Shown here one piece after another: positions 53,403 to 63,239 of a DNA stretch of 64,000 nucleotides. The DNA is from a virus. A program made the translations under genes and the position numbers. The notes beneath the pieces were generated by a model, which was not told the DNA's origin, searched no databases, and was given only the letters and a program-made list of their open reading frames with translations. Within the stretch, counting starts at the first letter, position 1, and each line of letters starts with the position of its first letter. Location of the stretch: the IMG/VR virus record IMGVR_UViG_3300030109_004085, positions 1 through 64,000 of that record; one strand, given 5' to 3'.

Positions 53403-53578
53403 GACATAGCTTTCTCTTCTGCAGCCTTCTTCTCATCAAAATGTTTTACGAGTCGATCCAAGAACCAGCGCCGTAATCCAGTGGGAAGCGAATAAGCCTC
53501 AGCAAAAGACCAATTTCCATGCTGCTTTAAAATAAAGAACTCTTCGTATAAAGTTGCTTGATAATCAGAGTTTAGGCC
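53390..53578 (-). CDS. start-less ORF, probable frameshift extension of the tail chaperone (gpGT/gp51-like)
   Basis: GLNSDYQATLYEEFFILKQHGNWSFAEAYSLPTGLRRWFLDRL...; +1 frame from the T7 run at 53579-53585; no usable start codon. Confidence 0.65.
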   Translation of the reverse strand, partial: GLNSDYQATLYEEFFILKQHGNWSFAEAYSLPTGLRRWFLDRLVKHFDEKKAAEEKAMSGAR

Positions 53579-54419
53579 AAAAAAAGTCGATATTAATCGG
53601 CACCTCCATTCGCTCTATGTGGGAGCAGTTGTCGCAATTAAAATCGGCTTTTAGTTGAATGTTTGGCATTGCCTCTTCGTAAGCTTTACGAATTTTTCTT
53701 GATAGATTGACTGGAATCTGATTTATGACCTCCTGCAAAGCGCTCGGCTGTGAGATGCCATTAACAGATACAAGGATGTTCTTCAAAAGTTCTGTAACAG
53801 TACCAACTTCCATCTTAAGCTTTCGTCTTCCTTCGACATACTTGCTGATTTTCTGTTCATCATGACCGGTCAGTAATTTGATTTCAAAAGTAATCTCTGG
53901 GTTATACTCGTTAGCCGTAAGCAAAAAGTTGCCGTTGTCCAGAAGTTGCACATTTTCGAGCAAATTAGATTCTTTAATTTCTCTCTCTTGTAGAGAAAAC
54001 TCTTTTTCGTTCAGGTGCCCGCAAGAAGGACAATTTACGCTTGTTCCATACAATGGACCAAAGCCTGTCTCTCGGACGGACATAATAATAGCGTTTTTAT
54101 CGCCAATCAAAAGCGATGAAGGGTTAATGTTATCATCCACCAAAACAGAGCGCAAAAGCTTATCCATAACGACGCCCTTTTTAATCAGCGCTTCGGAGGA
54201 GAGGATATCTTCCTCTTTTGCTGTCATGTGTTTAATTTCAATTGTTTCTACTTTATGAAGTGGGTGTCCTTCACCATAAAACAGTCCCTTACTTGGAAGT
54301 TCAACGAACTCCGTTGGGACCGGGAAGGAAAATAAGTTTTGTTGAAATTGTTCTGGTAGTTGCTGTTGTGGTGGCGGGGGCACATCAGGCGCCCCTTGTC
54401 TGTTTGAATTTCTACTCAA
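53565..54419 (-). CDS. tail/baseplate hub assembly chaperone (T4 gp26-like)
   Basis: VELPSKG..Y, MTAKEEDIL, GDK.AI....R...G..Y, CPSC/CDNC, ends FFWP. Confidence 0.7.
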   Translation of the reverse strand: MSRNSNRQGAPDVPPPPQQQLPEQFQQNLFSFPVPTEFVELPSKGLFYGEGHPLHKVETIEIKHMTAKEEDILSSEALIKKGVVMDKLLRSVLVDDNINPSSLLIGDKNAIIMSVRETGFGPLYGTSVNCPSCGHLNEKEFSLQEREIKESNLLENVQLLDNGNFLLTANEYNPEITFEIKLLTGHDEQKISKYVEGRRKLKMEVGTVTELLKNILVSVNGISQPSALQEVINQIPVNLSRKIRKAYEEAMPNIQLKADFNCDNCSHIERMEVPINIDFFWPKL

Positions 54420-54438
54420 AAATCACCGTCTCTTTCTT

Positions 54439-55014
54439 TTATCGAATGTTTGCTAAAGCTCTAGTTGCTGGACCTACGTCATAAGTTGCCCAGTCGTAAC
54501 GCATCTGGATTGTAATATCTAGAAGTTCCTCGCCTGCGTAATCTAAATCACCGAAAGTTACATTTGTAATAAAAGCATTCTGCAACTTCCAAGTTCCAAG
54601 TGTACCACCTTCTCCAGAAAGCTCGTCAAACTGAACCTGACCAAGCGCTGCTAGCGCAGCCTGCTTGTTCGGCGTTGAGGCTGGAAGGTTCTGTAGGAAA
54701 ACATCTTCCTGAACGTCAGGCTTTAGATAACCCATCTGCTGGAGTGCCTGATAAAGAAGCTCGTTACCATCTGGCGAGACGGAGTTAACAATAGTCGCTG
54801 TGCATTCATTCCATGTGACCGCGCCTGGGTAGTAATATGTGTTCCCTAAAAACTTGTGCGATGTCTCGCCAACTGTGTAGGAGGGCTTTGTAACAGACTT
54901 GGCCAAATACTCGGCGTACGCAAAGTCTCCATCCGGCGTGATAAGCTCCGGGAATCTCAAAATAAATCTGTGTTGTCTCTTAGGTTCTGAAAGTGCGCTT
55001 GTCCAAAAGGCCAT
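54439..55014 (-). CDS. tail tube protein (gp19-like)
   Basis: EPKR..RF, KP, W.L.NAF...V.FGDLDY, YDWA; ACTATTTA at 55042-55049. Confidence 0.8.
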   Translation of the reverse strand: MAFWTSALSEPKRQHRFILRFPELITPDGDFAYAEYLAKSVTKPSYTVGETSHKFLGNTYYYPGAVTWNECTATIVNSVSPDGNELLYQALQQMGYLKPDVQEDVFLQNLPASTPNKQAALAALGQVQFDELSGEGGTLGTWKLQNAFITNVTFGDLDYAGEELLDITIQMRYDWATYDVGPATRALANIR

Positions 55015-55049
55015 TGTTATTATCTCCTGATAGGTCTAAGTTAAATAGT

Positions 55050-55071
55050 GTGGGGAGTCGGAACTCCCCCA
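55050..55071. terminator. hairpin between sheath and tube genes
   Basis: GTGGGGAGT-CGGA-ACTCCCCAC; weak U-tract on the coding strand. Confidence 0.5.
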
Positions 55072-55078
55072 CTTTTAT

Positions 55079-57916
55079 TTAATCGTCAAATGACGCTCCT
55101 GTTCTTGTGATATTGAAGTCAATCGCAATGAACTCGATTGCCCGCGTTGGCTTCAAGAAAATCTTCGCATATAGAATGTTTCTATCTACAAGATCAGGGG
55201 TTGTGGTTGTATCATCAAGAATAACTCTGTAATCCGAAAGACCAAAGTTTGTCTTTACATCAGCCAAGAAAGGATCAACTCGCGATGTGAATCTCGTCCA
55301 AGTTGTCTGAATATTTGGATCAAAGAGAATGCCACTGGCAATCTGCGAGATACGCTTCTTGACGAAGATCATTAGTCGTCGTACGTTAATACGATCCAAT
55401 GCCGAAGGGGTAACCTGCAGTGTCTTCTGACCGAAGATCACAATACCTTCTGCTGGGAACTTAGCAATTGGGTTAATGTTCGCAGCGTAGAGGTCATCAC
55501 GATCCTTTCGGCGCAGCTGGTGTGCAACGTCAACAACTGGAATTCCTGCGGAACCTTCTGTGAGTCCACCGCGGTTGAAACCAGCTGGTGCGAACCAAAC
55601 CTGTGTTCTGCGCTGTGAGCTAGAGAATGTGCCGATGGCCGCGACAGATGGTGGAAGCCATATGAACGAACCATTAATGGTGTCCCTAGCTCTGACCCAT
55701 GGGTAGTATGCCGCGCCGTAAGAGGAATTTAGGTTCCTGCTCCGAAGCCCATTGATAAGTGTAGTGATTGTGCTAGCAGTGTTATTTCTGTTGAGTTCCT
55801 CGCCGTCTTCTCTAGGAACGAATGCGTCCGGAAGATCAATAACAGCCATGGCGTCACCACGCTCCTCACAAGTTCTGACCAAGTGCGTTGTGAGACCGTC
55901 TTGAGTCTGAGCCGGGATGGCTGCAAGGTTCATCTCAACCACCTCTGGATCCGCGATAGAGTCGATGGCTCTTCTAATTGAGAAGAAGGCGTAACTATTA
56001 TCGTCGGTTGGCGCTGAAGGCATTCCCTTAACGCTAGAGAATGGATCCATCTGAAGGATGTCAACACCGTCGAAGCCACCGAAAAGTGGAACTGTGAAAC
56101 GATCGTATCCTTGATCTAGGACGCCTGATACAGCGCCACTCTGAGCGGTCAGGGATGTTTCGGTACCGGAGTTACCTGATCCGGTCACATATGTCCCATC
56201 AGATCCAGAAATATCATCCAAGGTAAATGTTGGGGAAAGAGCACCATTAGTTGGAACCGTGAATCCAACAGCGCCACCTCGTGGTCTGAACAAGTCAATG
56301 GTTGACTTACCAAAAACAGTAGAAGTAGCCGCCTCAGACGTTTGGACACCGAAGTATGCATCTGTTGGGTTAGCCAAGTTTCCGTCCGACGCGTTAACGC
56401 GAAGAACTGGTCTTGGGAACTCAACCGAGGCTGTTACCGAGACGCCGGCAGATGCCTGCGCCGAGGATGACACGACAAAGATTGAACCTGACGACGCGGC
56501 GACGAGGTCGTTCATCGAGCCCGAGCCGATCGATGCGGAGAGCCAGCTAGCCTGTCGTCCAGCAACATGAGATGAAATATCAATATACTTAACAATTCCC
56601 TGGAATCCGAATGGGAGCAAGCTTGGGTTTGTGTTACCGGCGTCGACATCAGAGTTAATACTAACGTAAACGTAGTCAGAATTATTAGCGTAATTACCCT
56701 GCTGCCTGTATCTTCGTTCATCCTGGCGCCAGTCCAGATAGGAGTCACCAATCTTGCGACCAATGTAGTTAAGGGAGTTTGGATTTAGGTTACAGTTATT
56801 AAACTGCTCAACCACCCTCACTACATTATCACTGTCGCTTAGGTGCCGAATTACAACCGAGAAAGAGCCGTAAGGATCATCGTCATTTGTGGAGCGCTTA
56901 ATATCTTGAATGGATACTTTAAGATTTTTGTTTGTCCAATCACCTGCCTTGCCCCTCGCAACAAACTTAAACAGCTTTGTTGGCTCAGCCGATGGAGAGA
57001 GCTTGCAGCTGATGATGAACGGAGTCTCTGCAGCTTGCGCTTCGTATCTAAAGTCGTCGCCCTCTGTGGTGGAGTTGTTGATTCTAACAAAAGCTGCCGC
57101 GATGGAAGAATCAGTATCTGTCAAAACATTGGTAAGGTGCCGATCAAATGTCTCGCCTAGGAAGTAATTCTTCTCATTGGCGGCAGTCGTAATCTCGCCA
57201 TTTAATAGCTGCGGATTTGTGTTGAGAACCTTTCGAATGTACTTCGAATCATTTTGATTGAAGTTAAATGTAATGGTGTCTAAAATAGTGCCCGTGCTGT
57301 TCTTGATAAGTGCCTTGAATTCTTTCGATGAATTGTTGGTAGAAAGTATAACTAGATCAGAGCCTGTGATCGCCATGCCAGAGTCAACATAGCGGTTCGT
57401 CAAGGTGTCTCTATTCTCAAGAATATTACCACTTAGTTCTAAGCTAACGCTATCCTCAGCGTATACAATGGCGCCTAACGCACCTGTCAAGCCCATAGCA
57501 GCAGACGACCCGGTTTGGAATACTACGAGTCCCCAGGCTCTTCCGTTTGTTCCACCATCCCAGCCGGCTTCGCCACCGCCCGACGCATTATCAGTCTCTG
57601 CTCCAAGCAAGCGAATGTAAGTTAGAGGAGAACTATTACGAAGATAAGCCTGCGCGGCGTACGCACCATAAGTTGTGGCAGTTGTGTTTGCGCCCTGGCG
57701 CCAAACGTCATCGCCAGAGTTTCCTGGGTTTGGGGTGCCGAAAACATTAACGAACTCTTCAAAAGAACTAACAGTTGTTGGTCTTAGTGACGGCCCTTTT
57801 TCGGCTCGTCCGATGATGACTGGTCCTATACCTGCTGGCGAGGCTGGTAGCTGTGAGTTGTCAATTTCATTGACAAAAACGCCGGGGGATACAAATCGGT
57901 AATTTTTAACTGACAT
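55079..57916 (-). CDS. tail sheath protein (gp18-like)
   Basis: SPGVFVNEID, YYPW, WFAPAG..RG, NINPI, GQKTLQ, LDRINVRRL, AIEFI. Confidence 0.93.
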   Translation of the reverse strand: MSVKNYRFVSPGVFVNEIDNSQLPASPAGIGPVIIGRAEKGPSLRPTTVSSFEEFVNVFGTPNPGNSGDDVWRQGANTTATTYGAYAAQAYLRNSSPLTYIRLLGAETDNASGGGEAGWDGGTNGRAWGLVVFQTGSSAAMGLTGALGAIVYAEDSVSLELSGNILENRDTLTNRYVDSGMAITGSDLVILSTNNSSKEFKALIKNSTGTILDTITFNFNQNDSKYIRKVLNTNPQLLNGEITTAANEKNYFLGETFDRHLTNVLTDTDSSIAAAFVRINNSTTEGDDFRYEAQAAETPFIISCKLSPSAEPTKLFKFVARGKAGDWTNKNLKVSIQDIKRSTNDDDPYGSFSVVIRHLSDSDNVVRVVEQFNNCNLNPNSLNYIGRKIGDSYLDWRQDERRYRQQGNYANNSDYVYVSINSDVDAGNTNPSLLPFGFQGIVKYIDISSHVAGRQASWLSASIGSGSMNDLVAASSGSIFVVSSSAQASAGVSVTASVEFPRPVLRVNASDGNLANPTDAYFGVQTSEAATSTVFGKSTIDLFRPRGGAVGFTVPTNGALSPTFTLDDISGSDGTYVTGSGNSGTETSLTAQSGAVSGVLDQGYDRFTVPLFGGFDGVDILQMDPFSSVKGMPSAPTDDNSYAFFSIRRAIDSIADPEVVEMNLAAIPAQTQDGLTTHLVRTCEERGDAMAVIDLPDAFVPREDGEELNRNNTASTITTLINGLRSRNLNSSYGAAYYPWVRARDTINGSFIWLPPSVAAIGTFSSSQRRTQVWFAPAGFNRGGLTEGSAGIPVVDVAHQLRRKDRDDLYAANINPIAKFPAEGIVIFGQKTLQVTPSALDRINVRRLMIFVKKRISQIASGILFDPNIQTTWTRFTSRVDPFLADVKTNFGLSDYRVILDDTTTTPDLVDRNILYAKIFLKPTRAIEFIAIDFNITRTGASFDD

Positions 57917-57952
57917 TCGTTCGGTTCTCCTACATTGCGAAAATGTTCAAAG

Positions 57953-57970
57953 TAAATAGTGCTAAGTAGT
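57953..57970 (-). promoter_or_regulatory. tandem putative late promoters ACTACTTA / ACTATTTA
   Basis: Two motif copies 10 nt apart upstream of the sheath gene. Confidence 0.65.
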
Positions 57971-57980
57971 AGGAATAGAA

Positions 57981-58925
57981 TTATTCTCTGTAAAATCCGT
58001 CCTTTATATTCTCAGGAATATCGCCAAGAATTGTTCTCTCTCGTCCAAGCTTTATGCTAACTGCATTTTCGCGCCGCACAATCTTTGGTCTTTCTTGGTT
58101 TTCTCCCTCACCAATAAGATAACCAAGAGTTTCAATATTAATATTGGTTTCGTAGTTCCTCTGCTCCATTCCAAGATTAGCTTGATTAGAGTTGTTTGCA
58201 AAACTACCATCAATAAATATTTCGTAATAGTGCCCTTCGGCTTCAATGCGTTTTGGTGTTCTTGAGTTACCTGGAATTGTTATAAACGGACGAATTAACT
58301 CATTCATTTGCTGCTGATACTCTGTTCTGATAGATATCTCATAGGTTACTTTAATCCAAGTAGGGATAGGGATTGTTATTGTTTCGTAAACAGCTTTCGC
58401 CGTAGACATATTTCTTTTATTGGTATTGAGCATCTTACTAGAGACGTTACCGTCGGCGCCGTATTTTCTATTAGCCTGTGCATTCTGGAACTCTGCTGTT
58501 TTCTTTTGATTAATCTGTCTGGCAATCGTTATAGTGCCGCCCTTTTCATCATTAATAGGATACAAGTTGGCGAATACAGTGCCACGAAAGTTGTCTTCTT
58601 TCGTCACGCTTGAGCGATTAACAGTGATTAAAGGAAGAATCAATGTTTCTTCTTTATCTCTTAAGTCTTTATTATGTTTTATCTGAAAGGCACGCTCGGC
58701 TGTAACCCAAAGGACTGGGACTTTCTTGAACCCATCATTGGTATTAGTGAAAAGATTAAGCTCTTCATCAATAAAACTAAGCATAGCTCTATCAATGGTT
58801 TCCAAAGAAGATGGCATAAACTCAATTTCTTGAAGTTTTTTTGCTACATCCTTATCCCCCACATAATCAAATCGCTGAGATCTCTTATCTTTTATTTGCT
58901 TTTCGGATCTTTTGCTGCGTGACAT
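57981..58925 (-). CDS. tail terminator / sheath stabiliser (gp15-like)
   Basis: ID.A, VPV....ER, LP.I...R, P....V.Y.I.I.T....QMN. Confidence 0.65.
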   Translation of the reverse strand: MSRSKRSEKQIKDKRSQRFDYVGDKDVAKKLQEIEFMPSSLETIDRAMLSFIDEELNLFTNTNDGFKKVPVLWVTAERAFQIKHNKDLRDKEETLILPLITVNRSSVTKEDNFRGTVFANLYPINDEKGGTITIARQINQKKTAEFQNAQANRKYGADGNVSSKMLNTNKRNMSTAKAVYETITIPIPTWIKVTYEISIRTEYQQQMNELIRPFITIPGNSRTPKRIEAEGHYYEIFIDGSFANNSNQANLGMEQRNYETNINIETLGYLIGEGENQERPKIVRRENAVSIKLGRERTILGDIPENIKDGFYRE

Positions 58926-58929
58926 TAAA

Positions 58930-60198
58930 CTATCCTACGAATATGCCGGTTGGAATGTTCTCTAGAACCTTCTTAGCGGAGTCTTGCAGTGATGAATCAA
59001 CGGTGGCCAGCTTGTCATAGGTAGTATCATCAAGAATAGTTTTAAGTTCCTCTCTCAACTGATCCATTTCAGTTCTGGCTTGTGATAGTAATTCAGACGC
59101 ATTTAATGTCACTGATTCACCTGGAATAGGAACAGTGGAAAATTTACCTCTTACCTGTCCGAGTATCTCTTTTGTTAAGGCCAAGGCAAACCTGCGGATC
59201 CATTGTTTACCGATCGCATTAATGTTCTCAAACGGAATATTCTCAAATGGCAGTGTGTTTATGTTGTTAATGCCCTCAGCGCCCGTGTCACCTCGACCGG
59301 TGTCTTCCCAAGGCTCATACTGTCTTTCAATACTGAACTGAACCCAAAACTTTTGTGGCGATGTGTTATCGGGCGTGGGGAATATTCTTAGATTATTGTC
59401 GTGTATTTCATAAGAGTAGTGCGAGACTCTAACATTCAGAGCATCTTCGTAGGCGATTGCCTGAAGCTTGTTTTGCCAAGTTGGTACGATCTCAAAGGTT
59501 GAATCATCTGCGTACTGTCCGTATGTACGAAGGTTGCCCACAACAGAAAAGCCACCATAGTAGCCGTAGAACCGCCACATTGCTCGTGGCGTCTTGAAAA
59601 ACACTTTTCTAATAATAACTCTTTTATCGCCAACTTGCCCGTAGTAAGCAGCAGTTGTATCAGTTGCAGCCGAAGATGAAATTAAAGTCTGCAAATCATA
59701 ATCTTGCTGATCGGTGACTTTGTCAACCGAAGCAGAGTAAATTGGTGTTGTACCGCCGAAACCAGCTTCTGTTGCCAGCCCTTCCGAAACTCTTCGAACA
59801 TAGCCATAATCAAACTTTGGATATCGCAAAGCAATATTAGACCCTGAGAGAGAGCTTCCAGATACTATCTGCCCATCTTGATCAAAGGAGCCCGTCGTCG
59901 CGCCCAAGAGAGATGAAAGAGAATTCTTTGTTTGATATAGATTTACAAGATACGAGTATTCTAGAACAGCCTCCTCATAGGCTGAATATACTGAGCCCTC
60001 TGCCAACTCAATGTCCAGTACATCGCCGCCCAACTTCTTATAGGTATACGCAACCTGATCGGCGGCTCCCGATAGGAAGGCAGTTGAATTAGCGTAAATA
60101 GCAAAAGGTAGTGTAGCTGCCACATTTGCAGCTGCCCCTGTAACGGGAAGAATATTAGCGTTTGAAGTGGAGGCTGGGTTTAAATTTGGAATTGACAT
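58930..60198 (-). CDS. neck/head-tail adaptor (gp13-like)
   Basis: KLGG..LDIEL, WIR...LAL.KE.LG.VRGK, LN..EL; CTATTTA at 60226-60232. Confidence 0.75.
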   Translation of the reverse strand: MSIPNLNPASTSNANILPVTGAAANVAATLPFAIYANSTAFLSGAADQVAYTYKKLGGDVLDIELAEGSVYSAYEEAVLEYSYLVNLYQTKNSLSSLLGATTGSFDQDGQIVSGSSLSGSNIALRYPKFDYGYVRRVSEGLATEAGFGGTTPIYSASVDKVTDQQDYDLQTLISSSAATDTTAAYYGQVGDKRVIIRKVFFKTPRAMWRFYGYYGGFSVVGNLRTYGQYADDSTFEIVPTWQNKLQAIAYEDALNVRVSHYSYEIHDNNLRIFPTPDNTSPQKFWVQFSIERQYEPWEDTGRGDTGAEGINNINTLPFENIPFENINAIGKQWIRRFALALTKEILGQVRGKFSTVPIPGESVTLNASELLSQARTEMDQLREELKTILDDTTYDKLATVDSSLQDSAKKVLENIPTGIFVG

Positions 60199-60232
60199 TA
60201 AGGTCCCTCAGATTTTATCTATTAATAAATAG

Positions 60233-60262
60233 AAAGCCCCGCCTCAAAAGAGACGGGGCTTT
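60233..60262 (-). terminator. intrinsic terminator after major capsid gene
   Basis: AAAGCCCCGTCTC-TTTT-GAGGCGGGGCTTT then CTATTT. Confidence 0.8.
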
Positions 60263-60290
60263 CATTATTTTGACCTCAAGTCAGGCTAAA

Positions 60291-62027
60291 TTAGCCTTCG
60301 AGACCTCGGCAGATGACCAAGCCGTACATATCTGGACGGACCATCTTCTTGGCGTAACGGGTCATAACACCCTTGCGAGGTACGAAGTCCTCTACACCGA
60401 AGATAGTAGGTGTGGTCTGTAGTGGCACATAAGGTGCGTATACATAACCGCTCTCAAGGAAACTACTTCCGCGTCGACCCACAAGGATCAAGTTACGTGG
60501 GAAGTATGGATCGACCATAACGTCGAACTTCTTGGAGAGAGCGCCAACCTTAACGGCACCAATATCACCACGATCAGCATCAGCAGTCACGTTAGCACGG
60601 AAACCAGCTGTGAACTCAAGGATGTTAGCAATCTCTGGGGATGTAACCACAAAGTTTGCAGCACCACGGAGTGTCTTTCTGTGGATCTGTGCGGAGACGT
60701 CGTTGATTGTCTCAACAAGTGTCTCGTACCACTCACTGACGTTACCGGTGAAGTCCTGCGTAACGCTAGAAACAGCACCTGTCTCGCGATCGAGGAACTG
60801 ACCTGGGTGACGCGACCAGTAGCGAGTGCCACCGGTGGACAACTTGATAAGGTCCTCAAGGATCTCACGATCGATCTCAAGGGCGATCTGCTCAGAAAGA
60901 ATCTGAGTAAGCTCGACCTCGGCATCAAGGTTGTGGTAAGCGTTGAGATCCTGTCCCAACTCTGGAGTCCACTTAGCCTTGAGCTTCTTAGTGACAGCTG
61001 TGACGGCCACTGAGTCGACCTTGATGTCGATCTCTGGAATTGCTTCCTGGTTCTCTAGACCCCACTCAGATGCACCTTCGACTGAACCAAGGGCACCACC
61101 AACAACAAAGTTATCAGCCAATGGAGCAGCGATGTGCTCGTGACCACCAACGATCGTTGAAAGCGCGGCAAGGTGAGCAGCAGTTGTTGAAGCAGTCGTA
61201 GAAGCGACTGTGACAAGAATCTTGCCCTCATCGACAAACGACTCTCTCTGGAGACGTCGAACCTGAATTGTGTTGACACCAAGCGACTGTGAAAGTGTAA
61301 GTGCAACAAGGTCTTCCAAGTTTACATCTGCAGCAACCAAAGTGGATCTTGGCATTGTAGCAACTACGAACTGTGAACCAGAAATTAGATCTGGGTCGAA
61401 GCGTAGAAGACGATCAGTCTCATAGCCAGCTGTTGGCGTGTTACCAGCGTAAATAGTAAAATCTGGAACACCACCAGCACCAACGTTACCCGAAGCGACT
61501 ACAGTAAAGGCCATACCAATTGAACCGGTTGGCGAAGAGTAGCCGTTGTTAAGGGCGTATGGTCCAGTCTCAGCGTTGGCGTTCGTTAGAAGAACACCAC
61601 CGGTGATCTGGGCACCAACTCGACCACCACCATAGAGGGACGTGTCAACGGCGTTGGCAAGGCGGTCGCCTGTCGTGTCGCTGAGTGTTCCACCAAAGGT
61701 GAAGTCAAGGAAGAAAATGAGACCCGATGGGAGACTCATTGGCTGAACGCTAACGAGATCGTTGGCGATCAAATTGCCGAATACTCGGCGTACTAGTGGG
61801 AATGCAACAGCTGCAAAACCCTCTACATCTCCAGCAGCCATGGCGCTGGACTCACGGAGAAGCTCTTTTGCTTGGTTTTCAAGCAAACGGGCCATACCGT
61901 TTCTCTGGGTATCATCGGAAATGCCCTCTAGAAGACCAGTCTGCTCCCACTTAGAAATAAGTGCGGCACCCTCGGTCGAGAGGTCACGATTGACAATACC
62001 TTCAGTCAATCTTTCTACAATAGACAT
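60291..62027 (-). CDS. major capsid protein (T4 gp23-like)
   Basis: KW...GLL, LLENQ, VQPM..P.GLIF, KLKAKWT.EL.QDL.A.H.LDAE.EL, YAPYVP, TRY. Confidence 0.95.
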   Translation of the reverse strand: MSIVERLTEGIVNRDLSTEGAALISKWEQTGLLEGISDDTQRNGMARLLENQAKELLRESSAMAAGDVEGFAAVAFPLVRRVFGNLIANDLVSVQPMSLPSGLIFFLDFTFGGTLSDTTGDRLANAVDTSLYGGGRVGAQITGGVLLTNANAETGPYALNNGYSSPTGSIGMAFTVVASGNVGAGGVPDFTIYAGNTPTAGYETDRLLRFDPDLISGSQFVVATMPRSTLVAADVNLEDLVALTLSQSLGVNTIQVRRLQRESFVDEGKILVTVASTTASTTAAHLAALSTIVGGHEHIAAPLADNFVVGGALGSVEGASEWGLENQEAIPEIDIKVDSVAVTAVTKKLKAKWTPELGQDLNAYHNLDAEVELTQILSEQIALEIDREILEDLIKLSTGGTRYWSRHPGQFLDRETGAVSSVTQDFTGNVSEWYETLVETINDVSAQIHRKTLRGAANFVVTSPEIANILEFTAGFRANVTADADRGDIGAVKVGALSKKFDVMVDPYFPRNLILVGRRGSSFLESGYVYAPYVPLQTTPTIFGVEDFVPRKGVMTRYAKKMVRPDMYGLVICRGLEG

Positions 62028-62053
62028 TTTTATATCCTCCTGAATGTTATTGT

Positions 62054-63112
62054 TTATTTATTCAAACCTGCTAAACGCAGCATACGACCCATAGATGGGT
62101 CCTTAGTTGCCTTGTTGTTTCTCTTAGAATTGATCAAAAGCGATGTAGGTCTTTGAACTGCTTCACGAAGTGTTTGTGGGCGTGTTCGGGGATCAGCCGA
62201 TGCCCCCACTGCGTTTTGAATTGTTTCAAAAATCATACTTGCTTCTTCAACAGAATTGGCAGATTGAACAGCTTCGACAATTTGTGTTTTTTGTCGCTCA
62301 TTCAGGGAGGCGCTGCCCAAAGCCTTGTTTTGATAAACAAGCTTGGCGTTATCAAGATTCAGCTTTGTAAGCTGATCCTTTGCTTCAACAATGAGAGCAC
62401 GAAGCTCTCTGTTAGATTCTGTAAGTTCGGAGATCTTTGTTTCGTGAAGTTCAACTGGCACAACGTCTGGTGCGGTATCTTCTTCAATCTCCTCTTCCTC
62501 TTCTTCCTCAAGGTGTGCTTCCTTAGCGGCTGCAATGGCATCATTGTTTGCCTGCAGCACGCTATTTTCAGCACCACCGAGCGAAGAGAAACCTGCTGGA
62601 GATGTGTCCATATCCAGGGTTAGTTCTTCTACTAATTCTTTAATAAAGTCTTCGGACAAGTTAAGGTCCTCGTCTTCTTCTAGTGGCTCGACGGGGGTGG
62701 CGCCTAGCTCGGCGGCATCCTCTTCGGCATCGCGGTCTGCCATTTTATCTAGCGGATCGCCTTCTGCTATTTCGTCAGCCATTTCTAAAGCGTCGTTGAG
62801 GGTATCTTCCTCTACAACTTCATCTTCCTCTTCTAGGCGTGTCTTCAACGCATCAAAGTCGATTTCAACGATTTCGTCTTCTGGGGCTTCGTCTAGCTCT
62901 TCGTTCTGAAAAGCATAGGGAACATCCTCCGTGAACTGTGTTTGAGTCTCATCCACTTCACCCTCTTCTAAATCTTCCTGTTCTAGTAAAGTATCTAATG
63001 CTTTCTTAACTTCGCCAGAATACTTTTCCAATACAACATTCTCAGCATTCTTCAATGCTGCTTCCTTAAGGGCTTTGGCGTCTACGATCGCCTCTTCTAA
63101 TAGTGAAGACAT
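62054..63112 (-). CDS. prohead scaffold/core protein
   Basis: Acidic coiled-coil, many LxE, directly upstream of capsid gene, ends RMLRLAGL; start MSSLLEE. Confidence 0.75.
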   Translation of the reverse strand: MSSLLEEAIVDAKALKEAALKNAENVVLEKYSGEVKKALDTLLEQEDLEEGEVDETQTQFTEDVPYAFQNEELDEAPEDEIVEIDFDALKTRLEEEDEVVEEDTLNDALEMADEIAEGDPLDKMADRDAEEDAAELGATPVEPLEEDEDLNLSEDFIKELVEELTLDMDTSPAGFSSLGGAENSVLQANNDAIAAAKEAHLEEEEEEEIEEDTAPDVVPVELHETKISELTESNRELRALIVEAKDQLTKLNLDNAKLVYQNKALGSASLNERQKTQIVEAVQSANSVEEASMIFETIQNAVGASADPRTRPQTLREAVQRPTSLLINSKRNNKATKDPSMGRMLRLAGLNK

Positions 63113-63147
63113 AAAAATTAACTCCAAACACGATAACTCGTCAAAAA

Positions 63148-63155
63148 TAAATAGT
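63148..63155 (-). promoter_or_regulatory. putative late promoter ACTATTTA for scaffold-capsid operon
   Basis: Recurrent motif. Confidence 0.65.
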
Positions 63156-63239
63156 GTTTTATTTCTCTAAATGACGAAAACAGTTTTATTTAAGAAGCGT
63201 AAAGTTAGTGCGGTCGACTGTATAACAACAAAAGTTCGA

